From: Oscillospiraceae bacterium
GTDB lineage: Bacteria > Bacillota > Clostridia > Oscillospirales > UBA644
Reading direction: 5' to 3'
DNA: 64,000 bases
NCBI GenBank assembly: GCA_015067305.1
Contig: SVMT01000007.1
Location: 28,770 to 92,769, forward strand
The position numbers and the translations under genes were made by a program. The notes beneath the pieces were generated by a model. It saw only the letters and a list, made by a program, of their open reading frames with translations, did no database searches and was not told the DNA's origin. Each line of letters opens with the position of its first letter. The first letter of the stretch is position 1. Shown piece after piece: positions 54,876 to 62,371 of the stretch.

Positions 54876-55343
54876 TTATCCGATGTTCTCAGTTACGGAT
54901 ATTTCATGAGTGGCTTTGTCTAAAATCTCGGTCATAAATGACATCAGTTCAGGAATCGTTTTAAAATCAAAGGATTCATCTCCGTCGATCCATTCAATCG
55001 ATCCTTTCCATTGTGCATTTTGTACAAACCATATTCTAATTAAGAATGAACACAGATGATCGGTTTGCTGTTCCCTATGAAGTTTATCAAAGGCTTTTGA
55101 AATTGATTCAATCTTATTGAATGAAAACTTATCAATAACACCGTTTGCGATAGATCTTAAATATTCTTCAAGCATCGAATCCATCTCGAACAGCAATTCT
55201 ACAGTATCATCGAAATAGATATCTTCTGCCGTATCCAGATTCTGGAAAGAACCTTTTATTCTCCCGTCCTTATAACTTTCTACAGAAATATAGCAAGTTT
55301 TAATAGTTTCGGGAATCATGCAACTTGGTAGCAACGATGGCAT
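54876..55343 (-). CDS. orphan 155-aa cytoplasmic protein with an internal duplication (first gene of the adhesin operon)
   Basis: GGAGG RBS 7 nt before ATG 55343; 27-nt gap to the adhesin gene; no recognisable family. Confidence 0.6.
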   Translation of the reverse strand: MPSLLPSCMIPETIKTCYISVESYKDGRIKGSFQNLDTAEDIYFDDTVELLFEMDSMLEEYLRSIANGVIDKFSFNKIESISKAFDKLHREQQTDHLCSFLIRIWFVQNAQWKGSIEWIDGDESFDFKTIPELMSFMTEILDKATHEISVTENIG

Positions 55344-55384
55344 CACAAGACCTCCTTTCGGATCTTACCATTATTTATGGTAAT

Positions 55385-55417
55385 ATTATAACATATCTCG
55401 GTTACACAGCGGTTACA
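55385..55417 (-). promoter_or_regulatory. promoter of the ORF155-adhesin operon: TG-extended -10 (TGTTATAAT) preceded by two direct repeats TGTAACCG with 11-bp phasing, in place of a -35 hexamer
   Basis: plus-strand ATTATA 55385-90; CGGTTACA at 55399-406 and 55410-417; 8 bp between the proximal repeat and the -10. Confidence 0.6.
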
Positions 55418-55478
55418 TTTCTTCTCAAATCGGGTCATTTTTACCACTTCATAAAAATTTCACATAATTACAATACTA

Positions 55479-55507
55479 AAAGAGCCGCACCCTTTCGGGT
55501 ACGGCTC
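55479..55507 (-). terminator. strong intrinsic terminator after the 1502-aa gene
   Basis: minus-strand GAGCCGTACCC-GAAA-GGGTGCGGCTC followed by TTTT. Confidence 0.85.
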
Positions 55508-55572
55508 AAATTAGACTTTAAGCTTAAATTTGTTTCGTTGTATCAATTACGATACGTAAGGAGGAAAACAAA

Positions 55573-58500
55573 TTAGTCGCAAGTTGTGGGGTTTGTTACA
55601 ACTGCTGCAAGGCCAGCTTTTGCAAGATATGCATTTGTGATGAGTTCGAGAAGAGCGTCATCAGCAGCAACCTCTTCGATGCCAGCTTCAAGAGCTGCTA
55701 CTGCAGCATTGAATGCAGCAACGGATTCAGCAGTATAACCTGTTGTAGCAACTGCTTTGAGTTCAGCAAGTTTTGCAACTGCTGCTTCGAATGTCTTTGT
55801 CATAGCAGGAGCTTCGGGAGCAGGTTTGTATTCAAGTGCCTGGTATGCAGCAGCTACTTTTGCTTTTGCAGCAACGTAAGCGGAAGCATTGAGGCTGTCA
55901 TCTGTAGCGAGTTTCTGAGCTTCCTGCCATACAGCAACAAGAGCATTGAAGGATTCTTCTGTATATTCTGCATAGTAGAGCTGAACTGCGTTAAGGATGA
56001 ATGTGAGGTAGGAGTTAAGATCATCTGCAAATGTCTGAGAAGCAACTACGTTGTCCATAGCTGTCTGGATTGCATTGATGTTAGCCTGGATATCGTACTT
56101 GTTGTAGTTTGTAACGTACTTAAGATCTACGATAGCCTGTTTAGCTGCAGCGATAGCTGCTTTGAGGTCGTTAACTCTAGCAACTTTGTTAGCTGTGTCG
56201 AGGTCGTCAGCTTTAGCGAGAAGAGCTTCGCCAGCAACGATCTTAGCTTCGAGATCAGCGATTGTAGCTGCGGAATCAGGTTTCTTAACGAGTACGAGAG
56301 ATTCGAGAGCCTTGTTAAGTGTTTCAACGATTGTGTCGATTTCAGACTTAGGCATTCTTGTGTTGTATTTAGCTGCTACTGCTGCTGCGTAAGCTGCTTC
56401 GTAGTTAGCCCAAACTTTAGCACCTGCATCTGTATCGATTGTGTAGTCGTACATATTTTTGCCCTGAGCTGCTGCAATAGCGGGATCAAGAACTGCTGCT
56501 TTGTAAGCTGCGAGTACGTCTACTGTATGTTCGTCAGCTGTGTCAAGAATAGCATCGAGCTGTTCGAGAACGCCGAGAACGTAGTAAAGAGGAATGTCAG
56601 ATTTAATTTCATCGCCATCGATAAGATCGAGAACGTAACCTGCTTTTTCTCTGATTGTCTTGAAGTTAGCAACCCATTCTGTGTCGTAACCGGAAACATT
56701 GTAGTCTTCGGATGCCTTGGATTTGTCTTTAAGAGGTTCGAGGATTCTATCTTCGAAGCCACCGTTTGCTTTGTTGTATTTGTTAGCTGCGTAGTCGTGG
56801 CTTACAACATGAGCAAGTGTGAAGTTGAAGTAGAGGTAAGGTTCAGCTGCATCTGTGGGAAGTGTGAGAGCTTTGCAATCATCAGCTTCGCCGAAGATCT
56901 TTTCGAGTTTTTCAACGAGTTCCCAGCTGTTGTTTGTAGCATCAGAACCTGTGTATTTTGTGTTAACCCAAGAGATAACGTCAGAAATGAATTCGTCAAC
57001 GAGTTCATCGCCACGGTCGTCTGTAAGGAGAACTTTAACAGAATCGATGAATGCTTTACGTGCAGCGTTAAGAGAAGCTGCTGTAGCTTTTGTTTCGTAA
57101 GAGGGTTTGTAACCTTCAACATTTACGTTCTGAGCGCAAAGAGCTACGAGTTTGAAGTAGTTCTGCATCATGTCGTAGTAAACGCCGGAAGTAACAACTG
57201 TGTAGTCGCCTTCAACCTTGAGGAAGAAGTCTGTTTCTGTGTCAGCACCAGCTTTTTCAGCGATAGCTGCCCAGATATCTTCAGCTGCAAAGTAACCGCT
57301 GATAGCGTATACATCTTCGTTAAGTTCTTCGATTTCGGGGAGTTCGTATACGCCAGCGATGTTAGCATTGTACCAATCAAGGATGTCGTTTACGAGTTTG
57401 AGAAGAGCTACGAGTTCTTCTGCTGTGAGATCGCTGGAAAGTTTAGCTTCAAGATCAGCAAAGATAGCTTCGATCTGAGCTTCAGCTTCGAGAATGGAGT
57501 TGATGATAACTTCTTCTTCAACTACAGAACCATCACCATATACAGCATTATAGAGGTTGATAAGACCATATGCAATACTAGCAGCACCTACAGCATAAGC
57601 GGGTTTGGATTCGAGTTCTGCCATGATAGCATCGATCTGAGCTTCTACTTCAGCAATAGCAGCGTCGATTTCAGCTTTAACAGCTGCTTCATTTTCGATG
57701 TAGTAATCGATCATATCTTCGATATCATGTGTTGTGATAACGATTTCAGGAAGTTCATATGTGCCAGCGAGGTTTTCGTTGTACCAAGCGATAACGCCAT
57801 TGATTTCAGCAAGGATTTCTTTAACTGTTTCGTTGTCGATTGTGTCGTAACCTTCGAGGTATACTTCAACATCAGCGCCGAGGAGATCTGCAAGGTATGC
57901 AAGAACGTCAGCTACTGTAGCTTTTTCGTATGCGAGAGTATCAAATGTCTTTTCTGCAAAACCGATGTAGTTAGCAGGATTCTGGTAGTCAGCGAGGTCG
58001 CCGCCGAGAACTACAGCAGGAATGCCGAAGTAGTTAGCAAGAACATTAGCTTCGTAAGAATAGATGTTGATGAGTTCTTCGAGATCAGCTGTGAGATAGG
58101 GAAGCATTGCGATAAGTTCTTCAGCGATCTTTGTGTAAGAACCGGTTGCAGAATAGTTAACAGATTCTGTCTTCCAGTCGTAAGCGGGTTCGTTCTTGAA
58201 GTTAGAATCGTTGTGTTTTTCAAAAGCATCACCATACATTGCTTTGAATGCGTTGTACTGTGCAACTGCTTTATCATCGATAACACCGTTTGCTGTTTCA
58301 CGGTCGATAAGAACGATCTTAGCAACGAATTCTTTTGTGATACCAGAAGCAATAGCTGCGAAATCAGCATCGCTCTTAGCAACGCCGTCTGCTACTGTTA
58401 CGAGTTCACCAACGAGGAAGTCGTAAGCAACGAGTGCATTGCTGAGGTTAGCTTTGTCAACGTTTGTAGCGTTGAGTTCTACTTTACCAAGAGAAGCAAG

Positions 58501-60081
58501 AGCGCCGTTGTAAGCTTCGATAGCTGCAACATAGTTTTCGAGAGCTTCGTTAAGAGCGATCATGTATCTTGTGTATGCGAAGTAGTTGGGAACGAATGCG
58601 ATAGATGTAGAGTTTGTAGCTTTGATTTCTGTGCCGTTGATATCTTTAACGCCAACAGAAACATCACCGGAAACTACGTAAGAAGCATAAGATTCAGCAT
58701 CGTAAGGAAGAAGAACTTTGAATGCAGCGATAGCGTTTTTGAGAGCTACGAACTGAGCATTGTAAGCCTTACCATTTGTAGCGAAAGCTTCTACGTTAGC
58801 ATATGCATTTACAAGCTGCTGAGCATCGTTAACAAGTTTAACACCGTTAGCGATATCAGCGTTTGTGAGTGCGAGGTTGGAAGCTGCAGGATTGAGTGCA
58901 GCGATACCGGAGATAAGATCGTTTGTGATCTTGTTGAAGTATGCAGCGCCGCCGATAGCGGAGATGAACATAGCTTCTTTAGCGTCATCCTGACCTTTTA
59001 CGAATTCGTAAACGCTCTTAGCCATTGTGATGTTGGAAAGAAGAGCAGCGTCTGTGGATGTGTAGATGTTGAGGTAAGCGTCAACAATGTAAGCATCGAA
59101 GAATTCGATAACTTTCTTCATTGTGTTGAAAGCTTTGATGTCTTCAGCAACAGAACCAACAGCGGGGAGATCCCATTTGATCTGTGTCTTAAGAGAATTG
59201 ATAAGAGCGTTCCAAGCGTTTTCGAGTTCAGCTTTTTTGCCTGTTACGAAATCATAGAAGAGAACGCCTTCGAGAGTTGTTGTCTGAGCAGCTCTGTAGA
59301 GTCTTTCGAATACGTTGAGGAGATTAGCTTTTGCAGCGTCTGCTCTGATTGTATCGAAGGATACCCAACCGAGTGTGTTGCCAGCGTAACCCTGGAGAAT
59401 CTTGAACCAGTCAACTTCGTCATATTCGAGGTTGCCATAGGGGTTGATACCGAAGTTGGGGTTGTACTGACCGCCATCTTTGTGGTATTTGGAAACCCAT
59501 TCTGTGTAGAGAGCAGCGTAATCAGCAGGTTTGTCTGTTTTAGCGCCGATTTCGTCTACGAGATCTTCCATGTAAGCTTCAATAGCTTTGAGCTGTTCTT
59601 TAACGATTTCATTTCTGCCTTCGTTGAAAGAAGCGTCAACGATAAGTTCGTCAGCGTTCTGGCCGAAGTAGTAAGCTGTAGCAGCTTCCTGGAGAAGAGC
59701 ATCGATTTCTGTACTGAGTTCAGAATCAGCCTTTACAAAATAATCATCTTCAGCGTCGTATTTACCGTCGTTGTTGATGTAGTCGGTGTTGCAGCCGCAG
59801 CCACATGTACCGGGATCATTAACTTTGAAGACTTTGTTTCTAGCAATTTCTTCAAGAGTTGTGTTGTGGTATGCTGTAAGCACACCAGCGTCTGTAAGGA
59901 AATCAATTGTTTCTTCACTTACAGAGGGACCTTTGATAAAAAGTTCCTGGATAGCTTCTTTAAGTGCAGCTCTGTCAGCTTCATAGTTTGTAGCAGCGGA
60001 TGCGCCAACTGTGAAGAGAGAAGCACAAAGAGAAACTACCATCGCAATAGCAAGTACTGCGGAGAGAATCTTTTTGCTCAT
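55573..60081 (-). CDS. 1502-aa secreted, Ala/Glu/Asp-rich, predominantly helical orphan protein with FIVAR-like helical modules toward the C-terminus (candidate abundant surface or S-layer-like protein)
   Basis: signal peptide MSKKILSAVLAIAMVVSLCASLFTVGASAA; strong AAGGAGG RBS; own consensus-like promoter and strong terminator; very biased codon usage. Confidence 0.8.
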   Translation of the reverse strand: MSKKILSAVLAIAMVVSLCASLFTVGASAATNYEADRAALKEAIQELFIKGPSVSEETIDFLTDAGVLTAYHNTTLEEIARNKVFKVNDPGTCGCGCNTDYINNDGKYDAEDDYFVKADSELSTEIDALLQEAATAYYFGQNADELIVDASFNEGRNEIVKEQLKAIEAYMEDLVDEIGAKTDKPADYAALYTEWVSKYHKDGGQYNPNFGINPYGNLEYDEVDWFKILQGYAGNTLGWVSFDTIRADAAKANLLNVFERLYRAAQTTTLEGVLFYDFVTGKKAELENAWNALINSLKTQIKWDLPAVGSVAEDIKAFNTMKKVIEFFDAYIVDAYLNIYTSTDAALLSNITMAKSVYEFVKGQDDAKEAMFISAIGGAAYFNKITNDLISGIAALNPAASNLALTNADIANGVKLVNDAQQLVNAYANVEAFATNGKAYNAQFVALKNAIAAFKVLLPYDAESYASYVVSGDVSVGVKDINGTEIKATNSTSIAFVPNYFAYTRYMIALNEALENYVAAIEAYNGALASLGKVELNATNVDKANLSNALVAYDFLVGELVTVADGVAKSDADFAAIASGITKEFVAKIVLIDRETANGVIDDKAVAQYNAFKAMYGDAFEKHNDSNFKNEPAYDWKTESVNYSATGSYTKIAEELIAMLPYLTADLEELINIYSYEANVLANYFGIPAVVLGGDLADYQNPANYIGFAEKTFDTLAYEKATVADVLAYLADLLGADVEVYLEGYDTIDNETVKEILAEINGVIAWYNENLAGTYELPEIVITTHDIEDMIDYYIENEAAVKAEIDAAIAEVEAQIDAIMAELESKPAYAVGAASIAYGLINLYNAVYGDGSVVEEEVIINSILEAEAQIEAIFADLEAKLSSDLTAEELVALLKLVNDILDWYNANIAGVYELPEIEELNEDVYAISGYFAAEDIWAAIAEKAGADTETDFFLKVEGDYTVVTSGVYYDMMQNYFKLVALCAQNVNVEGYKPSYETKATAASLNAARKAFIDSVKVLLTDDRGDELVDEFISDVISWVNTKYTGSDATNNSWELVEKLEKIFGEADDCKALTLPTDAAEPYLYFNFTLAHVVSHDYAANKYNKANGGFEDRILEPLKDKSKASEDYNVSGYDTEWVANFKTIREKAGYVLDLIDGDEIKSDIPLYYVLGVLEQLDAILDTADEHTVDVLAAYKAAVLDPAIAAAQGKNMYDYTIDTDAGAKVWANYEAAYAAAVAAKYNTRMPKSEIDTIVETLNKALESLVLVKKPDSAATIADLEAKIVAGEALLAKADDLDTANKVARVNDLKAAIAAAKQAIVDLKYVTNYNKYDIQANINAIQTAMDNVVASQTFADDLNSYLTFILNAVQLYYAEYTEESFNALVAVWQEAQKLATDDSLNASAYVAAKAKVAAAYQALEYKPAPEAPAMTKTFEAAVAKLAELKAVATTGYTAESVAAFNAAVAALEAGIEEVAADDALLELITNAYLAKAGLAAVVTNPTTCD

Positions 60082-60219
60082 TGTTTGTTTTCCTCCTTAA
60101 AATATAAGAAAAATAATTTGTATGTAGCCCGTTAAGGACCGATTTCGTAATCAACTTTCCTTTTTCCGAAGAAAAATTACAGCCAATACAGATAATCTAC
60201 CCTTTTAGAGCTCAATAAC

Positions 60220-60248
60220 ATTATATTACATTTCTCGTGAAAAATCAA
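60220..60248 (-). promoter_or_regulatory. sigma-A type promoter of the 1502-aa gene (TTGATT-17-TATAAT), giving a 5' UTR of about 130 nt
   Basis: minus-strand TTGATTtttcacgagaaatgtaaTATAAT. Confidence 0.55.
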
Positions 60249-60490
60249 GCCCTTTTTTGTAATTTCTTTAAGTTCATAGGAATAACCAAATAATATCCAT
60301 GTTTACAAATTTTGGTTTGTATATTTTACACAAATCAACTCGCCTGTTTTTTCATTTCAGGAATTTCACTGTACCATTTTCAGGTCTCAGGGTTGTAATT
60401 GTTATATTTGAAATAATTACAATTTATTACAATCTGGCTGAAATATTCATTCCCGACACTTATTACAGCATCGGGAACAATAATTACAAC

Positions 60491-62050
60491 TCAGTTTACG
60501 CCCATTTGCTCGGCAGTCTTGTACAACTCAAGAAGCCCTTGTCTGAACTTATTCATGTCATACTCGACTTTGTTGAAGGATTTGAAGCACCTGTTGCAGA
60601 GACCGTCTGCCTTTTCCTTGTTTTTGCTTCCTATATATTTAAGGATCTCATAATCCTCAAGCCCCTCACGGTGAAGCTCCAGACGCATGGACATATACGG
60701 CTGTCCATCACCGGGATAGATCAAATGCGTGTCCCCTGCAGGAAGCGTAGTTTCGGAATCTGCATTAACGTGGTGGGGACAGCTCTGAACCCAGGGGTCC
60801 TGATCCGGCTGATAACATACTGCCGCCCAATGGAGATATCCCGTAAGATCATATTTATAGTTGCCCCAGAATTGATATCTGCTACATATAAGCTGATAAT
60901 CCATAAATCTGTTCATATAATTATCAGCGCGGGGTCCACAGCAGACATACTGCCAGATTTCGGAACCGTTTTCACGATAAGAGTCAAACTGCGCCTTATT
61001 TTCCTGATAGCTCTTGTTCAACGGGATCCAGACATCAAGCGCCCCGTGGAGTTTATCATTATAAGAAAGGGCATCGTAAAGCTTGATTTCGGGAGCATAA
61101 CTTCTTATTATATTAGCAAGCTCTTTGAATTCAAGGGCATTGGCATCGTTAGGCTCATCGGCAACACCGAGATAGAAGCGGTCAAGCCAACCTTTTTCTT
61201 TGAGATAATCCCTGAATGCAGGAATGTACTGAGAAAGAAAATCTTTACCTTCGGGACTCATTGCGTCCATATCAGTGAGGCATATTCTTATTGTTGAAGC
61301 TTTCCAGCTACGGCGGAAACCAACACCCTCCATTGCAAAATACTCAAATCCGAGATCAAGAGCCTCTTTTGTACGCTGTTCAAGGACAGAAAAATCAAAA
61401 TCATATTTTCCGTCATCTTTTTTAATGACTTTCACTCCACCCATATAGAGCATATTCTGTCTCATACGGCGAAGCATCTTCAAATATTCGATTCTGATGC
61501 GGTCATATTCAGCGGAACCGACGGAAACATTGTGGAATCTTGAGGCTGTACCAAATACAAAACCCATAACGACCTTGAGCGACTCCTTCGGAAGTGTAAA
61601 ATCAAACACCTTTACAGTAGCGAAAACTTTCTTTTCATCCCCGTCGCTCTCAAGAACGATATTACCCTCGAACACTCCTGCGCCTCCGAGGTTTTCAGCG
61701 TTGATACAGACGTAAAAAGCACAAATTCCATTCTTTGTTTTGGCTTTTCCGTCGCAAGGCTTAAGTACATCATACACACGGAAAGGTGCAATCCTTGACG
61801 GGAAGAATTTATTCCTGTTGTTTTGATCGAAGCCGATATTGCTCTCAACGGGAACATCTATTTCCTCATAGATCTCGGCTTCAAAGCCGTTTACTTTGAT
61901 GGAAACCTCCTCGCCTGCACCGTGAACAAAAATGTGAGCACAAGCCTTACCGTTTTTCGCACAGAAACGGTTGAAATAAGTCGACGAAGTTTCGTAGTCC
62001 GTTTTATCCGGATACAACCATTCACTGCTGTCTACAACATGATATTTCAT
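60491..62050 (-). CDS. DUF4091-like protein (GH123-related glycoside hydrolase fold)
   Basis: blocks W.PL...Y, .EIW.YVCC.P...Y.NRF, GYLHWA, AGD..LIYPG, S.RLE..REG.EDYE.LKY resemble DUF4091/GH123; GGAGG RBS 8 nt before ATG 62050. Confidence 0.65.
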   Translation of the reverse strand: MKYHVVDSSEWLYPDKTDYETSSTYFNRFCAKNGKACAHIFVHGAGEEVSIKVNGFEAEIYEEIDVPVESNIGFDQNNRNKFFPSRIAPFRVYDVLKPCDGKAKTKNGICAFYVCINAENLGGAGVFEGNIVLESDGDEKKVFATVKVFDFTLPKESLKVVMGFVFGTASRFHNVSVGSAEYDRIRIEYLKMLRRMRQNMLYMGGVKVIKKDDGKYDFDFSVLEQRTKEALDLGFEYFAMEGVGFRRSWKASTIRICLTDMDAMSPEGKDFLSQYIPAFRDYLKEKGWLDRFYLGVADEPNDANALEFKELANIIRSYAPEIKLYDALSYNDKLHGALDVWIPLNKSYQENKAQFDSYRENGSEIWQYVCCGPRADNYMNRFMDYQLICSRYQFWGNYKYDLTGYLHWAAVCYQPDQDPWVQSCPHHVNADSETTLPAGDTHLIYPGDGQPYMSMRLELHREGLEDYEILKYIGSKNKEKADGLCNRCFKSFNKVEYDMNKFRQGLLELYKTAEQMGVN

Positions 62051-62096
62051 AAGACCAACCTCCACATTATAATAAGTAGTCTTTTAATGAAAATGA

Positions 62097-62140
62097 AATT
62101 ATATCATAAATACGAAGAATGAGTATTTTATGATATAATT
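62097..62140. promoter_or_regulatory. inverted repeat AATTATATCATAAA-N16-TTTATGATATAATT, giving back-to-back TG-extended -10 elements (TGATATAAT), one per strand
   Basis: read directly; a third copy of ATTATATCATAAA sits at 62216-62228. Confidence 0.5.
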
Positions 62141-62194
62141 AGCAATTTCGCCGCTACCGCTCTGTAAAAGCGGCGAATGCGTATAAAATCAAGC

Positions 62195-62222
62195 ATATAA
62201 TAATTGCTTGCAATTATTATAT
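62195..62222. promoter_or_regulatory. 28-bp perfect palindrome ATATAATAATTGC-TT-GCAATTATTATAT in the DUF4091/SARP divergent region (candidate operator)
   Basis: 13-bp arms are exact reverse complements; each arm contains a TATAAT hexamer, one per strand. Confidence 0.6.
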
Positions 62223-62371
62223 CATAAAATCAGATCAGTGTCAAGACTGTAGATGCAAAAATCATCTAATAAAACAAAAAATAATTCTAATAACAATTTT
62301 GTCACACAAAAACACTTGAATTATACATTTTTTTGAGGTACAATGATAATTACAGAATCGAGGCCCTTAAA

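Noticed and set aside
56527-60135. 1202-aa ORF on the plus strand, the second-longest ORF in this region
   Set aside because: It lies exactly antisense to the 1502-aa gene and in codon register with it. Its translation is low-complexity and rich in Cys, Phe and Val, it has no RBS, and it runs through the sense gene's promoter. It is explained by the sense gene's avoidance of TTA/CTA/TCA codons.
60393-60432. ATTACAA direct repeats (60416-22 and 60426-32, 10-bp phasing) plus an inverted TTGTAAT, as a second SARP site upstream of the 1502-aa gene
   Set aside because: They lie about 170 bp upstream of the predicted -35, unlike SARP sites. Their sequence is unrelated to the TGTAACCG repeats. They sit in a generally AT-rich terminator/spacer region, so chance or a terminator hairpin is an equally good explanation.
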